Positions 38,635 to 48,482 of a stretch of 48,482 nt of DNA are shown here, piece after piece. This stretch comes from Candidatus Eiseniibacteriota bacterium (GTDB lineage Bacteria > Eisenbacteria > RBG-16-71-46). Within the stretch, counting starts at the first letter, position 1. Each line of letters opens with the position of its first letter. The stretch covers positions 1-48,482 of the forward strand of contig JBGPFC010000033.1 in NCBI GenBank assembly GCA_041483195.1, read 5' to 3'. The translations under genes and the position numbers were made by a program. The notes beneath the pieces are model-generated. The model was given only the letters and a program-made list of their open reading frames with translations, was not told where the DNA came from and ran no database searches.

Positions 38635-40167
38635 ATGACCCGAATCGTCGAGTGCGTTCCCAATTTTTCGGAGGGCCGGCGCCGCGAAGTGGTCGAGGCG
38701 CTCATCCAGACCATCACCTCGGTGACGGGCGTGACGATGCTCGATCACGAGATGGACCCCGACCACAACCGATCGGTGCTCACGTTCGCCGGGGAGCCGG
38801 ATCCGGTGACGGACGCCGCGTTCCGCGTCGTGGCGCGCGCCGCGGAGCTCATCGATCTCAACCAGCACCGCGGCCAGCATCCGCGGATGGGCGCGACCGA
38901 CGTCGTGCCGCTGGTGCCGGTCGAGGGCCTGACCCTCGACGATTGCGCGGAACTCGCGCGTCGACTGGGGAGGCGGATCGGCGAAGAGCTCGCCATCCCG
39001 GTGTTCCTCTACGAGGCCGCCGCCTTGAGCCCCGCGCGCGTGAGCCTCGCCGACGTGCGGCGCGGGGAGTTCGAGGGCCTGCGCGATGCGATCGGCAAGG
39101 ACCCATCGCGTAAGCCCGACTTCGGCCCGGAGCGGATTCACCCGAGCGCCGGCGCGACCGCGGTCGGGGCGAGGCGGTTCCTGGTCGCGTTCAACGCGAA
39201 CCTGAACACCGGAGACGTCCGGGTGGCGAAGGCCGTGGCCGCCGCGATCCGCGAGCAGAGCGGCGGGCTGAAGAACGTGCGAGCGCTGGGCTTCTCGATC
39301 GAAGGCGGCCGCCGCGCGCAGGTCAGCATGAACCTCGTGAACACCGAGGCCACGCCCATCCACCGGGTGCTGGCGCTGGTGCGCGACGAGGCCGCGCGCC
39401 ACGGGGCCGCGATCTCGGGGTGCGAGGTCGTGGGACTGGTGCCGGAGGCCGCGATGCTCGATGCCGCGGCCCACGCGCTGCAGCTCGAGGGATTTCGCCG
39501 CGACCAGGTGCTCGAGCTGCGGCTCAAGCACCCGCCGCTCACCGAGGCGGTCGCGATCGGATCGTTCTTCGACGAGGTCGCCTCCCCCACACCCACGCCC
39601 GGCGGTGGCACCGTGGCGGCGGTGGTGGGCGCGCTCGCGACCTGCCTGACCACCATGGTCGCGAACCTCACGATCGGAAAGAAGAAGTACGCCGCGCACG
39701 AGGCGGCGCTGCTCGAGCTGAAGCGCGATGCAGACGGCCTGCGTCGCGAGCTGCTCGAGCTCGGGCGCCGCGACAGCGAGGCGTTCGACGCCGTGCTGAG
39801 CGCGAGGCGCCTGCCGCAAACCACACCCGATGAGATCGCGGCTCGCGAGCGGGCACTCACCGCGGCGGGCCTCACGGCGGCACGGGTGCCGCTCGCCACC
39901 GCTTCGGCCTGCGTGCGGGTGTTGGGGCTGGCCGGGGTCGCCGCGCGCCACGGCAACGTGAACGCGGCTTCCGACGCCGGGGTGGCGGGCCTGCTGGCCC
40001 GGGCCGCGGCGGAAGGGGCGTTGCTGAACGTGCAAATCAACCTGAAGTCACTCGAGGCCGGGGCCGATAAGAAAGATGTGGAGACGGATTTGCAGCGCCT
40101 TCAGGACACTCTGGAGTCGTCGGCCCGAGGCTGTCTGGATGCGGTGCATGCTGCCTTGAACGCCTGA
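38635..40167 (+). CDS. ftcd: Bifunctional glutamate formimidoyltransferase / cyclodeaminase
   Basis: VECVPNFSEGR, DPDHNRSV, HPRMGATDVVP, GARRFLVAFN, AQVSMNL; cyclodeaminase part PTPGGG, GNVNAASD, NVQINL. Confidence 0.96.
   Translation: MTRIVECVPNFSEGRRREVVEALIQTITSVTGVTMLDHEMDPDHNRSVLTFAGEPDPVTDAAFRVVARAAELIDLNQHRGQHPRMGATDVVPLVPVEGLTLDDCAELARRLGRRIGEELAIPVFLYEAAALSPARVSLADVRRGEFEGLRDAIGKDPSRKPDFGPERIHPSAGATAVGARRFLVAFNANLNTGDVRVAKAVAAAIREQSGGLKNVRALGFSIEGGRRAQVSMNLVNTEATPIHRVLALVRDEAARHGAAISGCEVVGLVPEAAMLDAAAHALQLEGFRRDQVLELRLKHPPLTEAVAIGSFFDEVASPTPTPGGGTVAAVVGALATCLTTMVANLTIGKKKYAAHEAALLELKRDADGLRRELLELGRRDSEAFDAVLSARRLPQTTPDEIAARERALTAAGLTAARVPLATASACVRVLGLAGVAARHGNVNAASDAGVAGLLARAAAEGALLNVQINLKSLEAGADKKDVETDLQRLQDTLESSARGCLDAVHAALNA
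40044..40070 (+). promoter_or_regulatory. Sigma28-like promoter inside the ftcd 3' end, facing the TPR gene
   Basis: GAAG-N15-GCCGATAA, about 150 nt upstream of TTG 40222. Confidence 0.62.
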
Positions 40168-40221
40168 CAGGGACGGTTCGTAGCCGGTGCGCGTCCTCGG
40201 CGCATCGCGGAGAAAGCCAGC

Positions 40222-42198
40222 TTGGAAAAGGCGATCGAGATCAAGCGTCGGGCCCAGCGCTGTATTCAGAACGGCGATCTGGAAGGTGCGCTCAGCGAGT
40301 ACGAAAAGCTGGTCGCAGTCGACGACGCGGATCCTTACAATTTCGTGCTCCTCGCGGATCTGCTCTATAAGAAGAGCGATCATTCCGGCGCGAGCCAGCG
40401 CTACCTGTCGGCCGCGGGAGCTTACGAGAAGGCCGGTCTCTACAAGAACGCGATCGCCGTCTGCAAGAAGATGATGCGGCTGTCGCTTTCGCCAACGCTG
40501 GTCGTGCAGCGGCTGGCGGCTCTCCATCGGCTCGACGGCCTGTCGACCGAGTCGGCGCTCTACTACATGCAGCACGCCGAGCTGGTTCTCCGCGAGGATC
40601 GTGCGCCACAAGCCGCCGAATCGCTGCGCATGGCATTCGAGGTGTGCCCCGAGAACATCAAGGCGCTCGAACGGCTCGCCGAAGTCTGCGTGCTGGCGGG
40701 CGACGAGGCCGGAGCCGCCGAGGCCCTCGCCCAGGGTGTCCGGCAGTATCAGCACTCGGGGCAGCTGGTCGACGCGGATCGGTGCCGGACCCGGCTCGAA
40801 CAGTTGAGACCGGGAGGGAGCGCCGAGATCGAGTCGCTGGGCGCCGGGGCCGTCCCCGATGAGGCGAGTGCCGAAGCGCCGCCCGGACGCAACGGCGAGT
40901 CGTTGGTCATCGAGCGCAACGTTCCGCAGTTCGAGGGGACGCTGGCATCGCGCGCGCCGGTCCTGGCGGAACCGGAGCGGGTCAGCCCGCCGTCTCCCGA
41001 GGTCGAGCGCGGGGCGATCGCCGACGCGCCCGAACCGCAGGCGCGGGCCGTCGTGGCGGAGACTCGTTCCAGCGAAGCCCCGGGGCTCCAGTTCGAGGCC
41101 CCCGTTGCACCGGCCGATTCCGCCCACCGCGAGGCCGCGGGCACGGGCCCGTCCGAGGGCATCGTCCGCGTCGAGGGGTTGCTCGCCCAGGCGCAGGAAC
41201 AGTTTCGATCCGGCAATCGCGACCTCGCGAGCGCGACGCTGGTGGAGGCCGCGCGGGCCTATGACGAACTTGGACAGAACGACAGTGCCGCGACGATCTA
41301 CCGCAGCTTGAGCAAGAGCGCGCACGCGGGGGCCGAGGTCATGATGCTCTGGCTGCGGAACTGTGAAAAGCGCCGCGATCTGGTCGAGGCGGCGCAGGTC
41401 GCGTGCGAGCTGGGCGATCGCGCCCTCAACGAGAGCGATCTCCCAGGCGCCCGCGGATGGTTCCAGCGGGCGACCACCCTGGACGGCTCGAACGCGCTCG
41501 CGCATCGCCGCCTGCAGCGGCTCGCGGCCGCCGCCCCGGATCTCTCGGCTCAGCCTGCCGCGCACGGCGCGATGACGCAGGCGATTCCCAGATTCGAGGA
41601 AGCACCGGTGACGGCCGCGGCCGCGCCGGTGGAAATCGCGCCGGCCGCCGCCGCACCCGCGCCGGCGGCCCAGCCGGCGCCGGCGCCCGCGTCTCCCGGG
41701 GCGACGCCGAGCTTCGAACCTGGCCGCGTCGAGGTCGCGGTGGGACGTGGCGAGGCCGTCACCTTCGATCTCGGATCGCTGGTTTCGGAATTCCAGCGCG
41801 GCATCGAAGCGCAGATCTCCGGCGATGCGCAGGGTCACTACGATCTGGGCATGACCTATCGCGAGATGGGACTGCTCGAGCAGGCGGTGGACGCATTCCG
41901 TACCGCGGGTCGCGATCCGCAGTTCGAGTCCCGCTGCGCCGAGATGACGGGACGATGCATGCTGGATCAGGGGCGATTCGACGAAGCCGCCCAGGAATTC
42001 ATGGCGGCGCTCGAAACGCCGGGGCTTCCCCCGACATCGGTCGCCGATCTCAGATATCAACTCGGCCTTGCCCACGAAGCGGCAGGGCGCGTGCAGGAAG
42101 CCCTCGCCGAGTTCGAGCTGGTGTACTCGGCGCAGGCGAGCTATCCGGATGTGTCGCTGAAGATCCGAGTCCTGCGCAAGAGCCTGGAGAGCCGCTGA
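40222..42198 (+). CDS. Cytoplasmic multi-TPR protein (N- and C-terminal TPR clusters, acidic Pro/Ala linkers)
   Basis: TTG start with GGAG SD; GLYKNAIAVCKK; C-terminal HYDLGMTYREMGLLEQAVDAF and RYQLGLAHEAAG...ALAEF...YPDV. Confidence 0.85.
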   Translation: MEKAIEIKRRAQRCIQNGDLEGALSEYEKLVAVDDADPYNFVLLADLLYKKSDHSGASQRYLSAAGAYEKAGLYKNAIAVCKKMMRLSLSPTLVVQRLAALHRLDGLSTESALYYMQHAELVLREDRAPQAAESLRMAFEVCPENIKALERLAEVCVLAGDEAGAAEALAQGVRQYQHSGQLVDADRCRTRLEQLRPGGSAEIESLGAGAVPDEASAEAPPGRNGESLVIERNVPQFEGTLASRAPVLAEPERVSPPSPEVERGAIADAPEPQARAVVAETRSSEAPGLQFEAPVAPADSAHREAAGTGPSEGIVRVEGLLAQAQEQFRSGNRDLASATLVEAARAYDELGQNDSAATIYRSLSKSAHAGAEVMMLWLRNCEKRRDLVEAAQVACELGDRALNESDLPGARGWFQRATTLDGSNALAHRRLQRLAAAAPDLSAQPAAHGAMTQAIPRFEEAPVTAAAAPVEIAPAAAAPAPAAQPAPAPASPGATPSFEPGRVEVAVGRGEAVTFDLGSLVSEFQRGIEAQISGDAQGHYDLGMTYREMGLLEQAVDAFRTAGRDPQFESRCAEMTGRCMLDQGRFDEAAQEFMAALETPGLPPTSVADLRYQLGLAHEAAGRVQEALAEFELVYSAQASYPDVSLKIRVLRKSLESR

Positions 42199-43043
42199 TG
42201 CTTCGACCGCCCCCCGCATCGGGCGGTCCGCGGGTCGACCTGCACGCCCACACCACGTATAGCGACGGGATCCTGTCTCCCGCCGCGCTGGTGCGCCTCG
42301 CGATCGAGAAGGGGCTCGCCGCGCTCGCGGTCACGGACCACGACACGACCGAGGGCCTGCCGGAGGCGCGTGACGCCGCCGGATCCGACCTCGTGCTGGT
42401 GCCGGGGATCGAGATCTCCACCAGCCTCGGCGGGCTCGACCATCACATCCTCGGCTACTACATCGATCCCGCGAACGAAGCGTTGAAGGGACGGCTCGCG
42501 CAGTTTCGCAGCGAGCGGCTCGACCGCGTTCGCGAAATGGCAGCGCGTCTGAGCCGGCTGGGCGCTGAGGTGGACGTCGAGGAGGTGCTGAACCTCGCAG
42601 GCCACGGGGTGGTCGGACGCCCGCATCTCGCCCAGGTGCTGGTGCGCTCCGGGCACGCCGAGGATGTCGACGAAGCGTTCCGCCGCTTCCTCGGGCTGAA
42701 GGGCACGGCCTACGTCGCGCGACCCGCGTTTCGGCCCGATGAGGCGATCGCGCTGATCCGGGATGCGGGCGGCGTGAGCGTGCTCGCGCACCCCGGGCCG
42801 GGGCTGGTGGACTCGGTGGTGGAGTCGCTGGCGGCGGATGGTCTGCGCGGCATCGAGGTGTGGCATCCTCAGCACGGACCGGTCGCCGTTCGCCGATATC
42901 AGGCGCTGGCGGAGCGTCTGTCGCTGCTCGAGACCGGCGGCTCCGATTATCACGGCCCCGGGCGCAGCATGGACCTGGGCGACCTCGCCGTTCCGTTCCG
43001 GGTGCTCGCGCCTCTCCAGCGCGCCGCCGGGATCCGCGGCTGA
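42198..43043 (+). CDS. PHP-domain phosphoesterase (YciV/TrpH-like)
   Basis: TGATG overlap; DLHAHTTYSDG, TDHD, PGIEIS, HILGY, GRPH, VLAHP, GGSDYHG. Confidence 0.93.
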   Translation: MLRPPPASGGPRVDLHAHTTYSDGILSPAALVRLAIEKGLAALAVTDHDTTEGLPEARDAAGSDLVLVPGIEISTSLGGLDHHILGYYIDPANEALKGRLAQFRSERLDRVREMAARLSRLGAEVDVEEVLNLAGHGVVGRPHLAQVLVRSGHAEDVDEAFRRFLGLKGTAYVARPAFRPDEAIALIRDAGGVSVLAHPGPGLVDSVVESLAADGLRGIEVWHPQHGPVAVRRYQALAERLSLLETGGSDYHGPGRSMDLGDLAVPFRVLAPLQRAAGIRG

Positions 43044-43070
43044 CCGGGGCGCGATCCGCGAGCCGGTTCG

Positions 43071-43100
43071 TTGACGGCGGGACGACCGCCCCGGTAGTCT
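43071..43100 (+). promoter_or_regulatory. Putative sigma70-type promoter of the ECF S-component gene
   Basis: TTGACG-N18-TAGTCT. Confidence 0.62.
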
Positions 43101-43149
43101 CCGCGTTCCGGTCCGCTCCCGTCCCTCACGCCCGGCGGAGATCCTCGCA

Positions 43150-43689
43150 ATCGCACCACCGTCCGTTTCGACGCGGCGCCTGTCCTACGCGGCTCTCATG
43201 GTGGCGGCCGGGCTCACGGGCGTTTACGCGGAGACCATTCCCAACTTCGAGGTACTGACGCTGGTCGTGTTCTGCGCCGGCGTGCTGCTCGGAGTGCGGG
43301 ATGGAGTGCTGGTCGGGGCGATCACCATGCTCGTGTACTCGGTGCTCAATCCGTACGGCGCGGTGCATCCGCTGGTCACGCTCTCGCAGGTCGCGGGTGA
43401 AGTGGTCGCGGGCGCGGCGGGCGGCGCATTCGCGCGGACGGGACTCGCGACCGGCGCCGTCGGTCTTCGCGCGATCGTGCTCGCGCTCTCCGGGCTCGTC
43501 ATCACCGCGATCTTCGATTTCATCACGAATCTCACGACCGGGCTGTTGTTCGGACAGATGCGGGTCACGTTGATCGGGGGAATTCCCTTCTCGCTATGGC
43601 ACATGGGCACCAATGTCGTGTTGTTCGTGGCGCTCGGCACGCCGCTGGTCGGTGCGCTCGCGCACTACCGCTCGCGGCTCTCCTCGTAG
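43150..43689 (+). CDS. ECF transporter S component (CbrT-like)
   Basis: About six hydrophobic helices; STRRLSYAALMVA N-terminus, IPNFE, GIPFSLWHMGTN. First ATG (43198) lies inside helix 1, so start inferred at ATC 43150 behind GGAG. Confidence 0.78.
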   Translation: MAPPSVSTRRLSYAALMVAAGLTGVYAETIPNFEVLTLVVFCAGVLLGVRDGVLVGAITMLVYSVLNPYGAVHPLVTLSQVAGEVVAGAAGGAFARTGLATGAVGLRAIVLALSGLVITAIFDFITNLTTGLLFGQMRVTLIGGIPFSLWHMGTNVVLFVALGTPLVGALAHYRSRLSS

Positions 43690-45392
43690 CGCCGGTCGCG
43701 TCGCCGGCGGCCGCCCAGGCGCCGGACGCGAACCGCACGACCCTGTCCGGCTCGGCGCTCGCGGACGCGCGAGCATGGTGGAGCGAAATCGGCCGGGCCG
43801 GCGGGTGGGGCGGCTGGAATCCCACGCCGGCCGCCCCGTGGGCGCTGGCGGGTCTGGTCGCCGGCGCATGGGCGTTGGACGATCCCGCCGGGCTTCAGAT
43901 CGAGACGCCAGCCCCGGGCATTCTGTCCGCTCGCGCGCCGCTCGCCTGGTCCGACTCGCTCGCGTTCCGGCTCGCGGACGGCGGGGCGTGGAACGGGTAC
44001 GACGCGACGCTCGCCCGCGCCTCGACTGAACGCGTGTTCGTGGCGCGGCCGCGGACGCGCTCCACGTTCAGCCTGTTGAACGGCGCCTACAACCTCGACG
44101 AGACCGGGCTACGGATCGAGCGTGGCGATTCCTCGCGCACGCTCGCGGTCGAGACCGCGAGCGGGACGCATGGCGAGCGCGGAGCGCTGGGGGTGGGCGG
44201 CAAGCACCTGTGGGGCGCCTCCGGAAGATGGAGGCGCGGCGCGCACGCGCTGGACATGGCGTTTACCCAGCGGGGCGCGGCCGACCGGCTGAGGGGCGGC
44301 GAGGAAGAGACCGCGGCGGGAGAGAGCGGCCATCTCGGCTACCGCGTCGTCGCGGGATCGCTGCGCGCGGGGATGATGCTCGCACGCGGCCACGAGGTGC
44401 ATCGGAGCTTCCTGCCGGATCGCGACACGCAGCTGTGGTCGCGGCGCGACGCGCAAACCAACCGCGTCGCGGCCGATGCGGAGCTCAGGCGCGACGGCCA
44501 GGTCCTCGCGGCGCGCGTGGACTGGAGCGGCGGGCGCGTGCGGCGCGACTTCGGACCGGCCTTCGACCGGCGCGCGTCTGCGACCTGGGCCGCCCTCCGC
44601 TGGAGCCGGCCCACGGGAGAGGGCACGCTCGATATCGGCCTGGGGGCCGGGCACCACGACGCCCTCGGCGGCGTGGATCTCGCTCCTTCGGCCGGCTACC
44701 GGTTCGCCGCACGGTCGATCGGCGGGCGATTCACCATCACTCGCCTGCTCACGCCGGTGTGGTCCGACCTCGTCCCGGGTGATTCACCGTACTTGCAGCG
44801 CACGTGGGTCACGGGATCCGAGGTGTTCGCGGGCAATGCCGGATCGCGCGAGGCGCGAGCGGGATTCTGGATGGGACGGAGCGCAGACCGCGCGATCGTG
44901 ACACGCGCGCCGATCGAAGAGGAGTGGCTTCGCGACGGATTTCGCCGCGACCCCGTCCCCTACGACTTCGGCCTGCTGTTCGCCAGCGCGTCGTGGAGCC
45001 GCTCCCACGCCGGCTTGCGCGCGGAGGGCTTCGCGCTCGCCCGGGATCGGTCCGCATCGCAGCCGTGGATCGATCCCGGCAGCGGCGGGCGAGCGGCGGC
45101 CGAGTGGAGGTTCCGCGCGTTCCAGGGCGATCTGGGCGTCATCCTGCGCGCGGAGGCGGAAGCGATCGGGCCGCGGGAGACCGAGGCGCCCGGTAACCAT
45201 CGCCTGCCCGGTGAGGTCAGCTTCGGCGCGAGCGCGGTGCTCACGCTGGGTGACGCGATCGTGACCCTGCGCGGGCGCAATCTGGAAAATAACATCCGGG
45301 AAGAGACGTGGATCGATCACGCGACCGGCCTTCCGGCAAGGGGCGTCGGCCGCGAGTTGCGGCTCGCCCTGGTGTGGCCGCTCTTCAACTGA
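43596..45392 (+). CDS. Putative outer-membrane beta-barrel (putative porin / TonB-receptor-like)
   Basis: Signal-like ALPLAALLVAPVASPAAAQA; alternating beta pattern; C-terminal LRGRNLEN...GRELRLALVWPLFN; start uncertain. Confidence 0.65.
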   Translation: MAHGHQCRVVRGARHAAGRCARALPLAALLVAPVASPAAAQAPDANRTTLSGSALADARAWWSEIGRAGGWGGWNPTPAAPWALAGLVAGAWALDDPAGLQIETPAPGILSARAPLAWSDSLAFRLADGGAWNGYDATLARASTERVFVARPRTRSTFSLLNGAYNLDETGLRIERGDSSRTLAVETASGTHGERGALGVGGKHLWGASGRWRRGAHALDMAFTQRGAADRLRGGEEETAAGESGHLGYRVVAGSLRAGMMLARGHEVHRSFLPDRDTQLWSRRDAQTNRVAADAELRRDGQVLAARVDWSGGRVRRDFGPAFDRRASATWAALRWSRPTGEGTLDIGLGAGHHDALGGVDLAPSAGYRFAARSIGGRFTITRLLTPVWSDLVPGDSPYLQRTWVTGSEVFAGNAGSREARAGFWMGRSADRAIVTRAPIEEEWLRDGFRRDPVPYDFGLLFASASWSRSHAGLRAEGFALARDRSASQPWIDPGSGGRAAAEWRFRAFQGDLGVILRAEAEAIGPRETEAPGNHRLPGEVSFGASAVLTLGDAIVTLRGRNLENNIREETWIDHATGLPARGVGRELRLALVWPLFN

Positions 45393-45425
45393 ACCCCGGA
45401 GACTCGCCCCCCGGGAGCTGACTAG

Positions 45426-45839
45426 TTGCCGGCTCTTTCCGCACCCGAACGGCGCGGGGCGCTGATCGTGGTCGCGTTGCTCGCGATCGGCGCGAGCTAC
45501 GATCTGTGGCGCGCCACGCGTCAGCCGGTCCCCGCCCGTTACCCCGGTCCCGCGACCCGCACGTCCGACCCTGCCGTTCCGGTCGCTGCGCTCGCCGGCG
45601 CATCACCCGATACGACGGCGTCCGCGAATCCCGGTGCGACGCGCGTGGACCTCAACCGGGCCGACGTCGTCGAGCTCGACCGGCTGCCGGGCATCGGCCC
45701 GGTGCTCGCCAGGCGGATTGTCGAGCATCGCAGCCGGCACGGGCCGTTCCGCCGGATCGAGGAATTGCGCGCCGTGCGCGGTGTGGGACCGCGGCTGCTC
45801 GAGCGGTTGCGTCCGCACGTGCGGCTGGGATCCAGCTGA
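45426..45839 (+). CDS. comEA: ComEA-like helix-hairpin-helix DNA-binding protein
   Basis: TTG start with GGGAG SD; N-terminal TM; VDLNRADVVELDRLPGIGPVLARRIVEHR...GPF...EELRAVRGVG. Confidence 0.9.
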   Translation: MPALSAPERRGALIVVALLAIGASYDLWRATRQPVPARYPGPATRTSDPAVPVAALAGASPDTTASANPGATRVDLNRADVVELDRLPGIGPVLARRIVEHRSRHGPFRRIEELRAVRGVGPRLLERLRPHVRLGSS

Positions 45840-45949
45840 GCCGCAGCGGGCTCGGCCCGGCGCCCCGCTCGCTCGGATCCGGGCACGGAGCGTCTCGGGG
45901 GAATTGCAATTCGCGCATCGCCCGGCCGGGATAGCGTGCAGTTTCCCCT

Positions 45950-45977
45950 TCAGTCCGCGGGCCATATCGACCGATAA
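45950..45977 (+). promoter_or_regulatory. Sigma28-like promoter of pilB-pilT
   Basis: TCAGTC-N14-ACCGATAA; spacer one base longer than the other two copies. Confidence 0.55.
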
Positions 45978-46132
45978 GACATTCGGGTCACTTCGTCGCG
46001 GGAGACTGCGATGGAGCGGCGGGTCGGTTGTATGCGTCGAGCCCGGCCGCACGGCCCGTGCCCGACGTTTTCTGGGTTCCAGCTGCGCTCCGAGACTGGG
46101 GAGCGATCTCGCACCTACCGCGGAATGGTCAC

Positions 46133-47827
<1,695 letters not shown>

Positions 47828-47871
47828 CAGCCGCGCACACGACCGATGACGCACGGAAGGAGACAGCCGAC

Positions 47872-48482
47872 GTGGTGACGCTCAGACAGTTGCTGGAAGA
47901 CATGGTCGTGCGCAAGGCGTCCGATCTTCACATCACCGCCGGGGTGCCTCCTGTGTTCCGGGTGGACGGCTGGATCACGCCGTCCGAGTACGACGTGCTC
48001 ACCCCCGAGACCACGGCCCAGATCTGCTACAGCGTGATGTCGGACGAGCAGCGCAAGCGGTTCGAGACCACCAAGGAGCTCGACTTCTCGTTCGGCGTGA
48101 AGGGCCTGTCCCGCTATCGCGCGAACGTCTTCCTGCAGCGCGGCGTGGTGTCGATGGCGATCCGCCAGATTCCATACGAGATCCTGGCGATGGAGAAGCT
48201 GGGCCTGCCGCCGATCGTGCGCGATTTCACGAGCCGCCAGAAGGGCATGGTGCTCCTCACCGGCCCGACCGGCAGCGGCAAGTCCACGACCCTGGCCTCG
48301 ATGCTCGACAAGATCAACGGGACCCGGCAGAGCCACATCATCACGATCGAGGACCCGATCGAGTACATCTTCCGAGGCCAGAACTGCCTCATCAGCCAGC
48401 GAGAGATCGGCGCCCACTCACGGTCGTTCCCCGACGCGCTGCGGGCCTGCCTGCGCGAGGACCCGAACGTCATCTTCGTCGG
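47872..48482 (+). CDS. pilT: Type IV pilus retraction ATPase PilT, 3' end outside window
   Basis: Not in ORF track; AGGAG SD, GTG start; VTLRQLLEDMVVRKASDLHITAG.PP, ELDFSF, RYRANVF, GPTGSGKSTTLA, HIITIEDPIEY, QREIG, LREDPNVIFV. Confidence 0.96.
   Translation, partial: MVTLRQLLEDMVVRKASDLHITAGVPPVFRVDGWITPSEYDVLTPETTAQICYSVMSDEQRKRFETTKELDFSFGVKGLSRYRANVFLQRGVVSMAIRQIPYEILAMEKLGLPPIVRDFTSRQKGMVLLTGPTGSGKSTTLASMLDKINGTRQSHIITIEDPIEYIFRGQNCLISQREIGAHSRSFPDALRACLREDPNVIFV

Overview
A very GC-rich, gene-dense chromosomal window from a diderm bacterium. Gene content (PorU/PorV, FlgD-Ig/T9SS-type C-terminal domains) at this GC level suggests a non-Bacteroidota FCB-related lineage such as Candidatus Eisenbacteria; that assignment is inference only. 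Left arm: partial flavin monooxygenase (-), tRNA-Glu(UUC) (-), ExeA-type AAA ATPase with SPOR domain (-), pyrE (-), secreted S8 protease (+), sigma54-preceded FN3 lipoprotein (-), M23 peptidase, dnaE-accA. Centre (14971-31955): a compact type IX secretion-like envelope locus: trm112, porU-like C25 peptidase, porV, M6 metalloprotease, two paralogous Phe-terminated membrane proteins, an NHL protein, a half-length SprA-like protein and an Omp85 protein. It runs with minimal gaps into dinG-hutH-hutU-hutI-ftcd, a TPR protein and a PHP phosphoesterase. Right arm: solitary ECF S component plus beta-barrel, comEA-like, pilB and partial pilT. Non-coding signals read by eye: three sigma28-like promoters before the ExeA, TPR and pilB genes; five sigma70-like promoters all with 18-bp spacers; one sigma54 promoter; a long rod-like leader that hides the trm112 ribosome-binding site; several apparent CTG/ATC starts. 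No CRISPR array, rRNA, integrase or transposase was seen. All family calls rest on motif recognition, not database searches.
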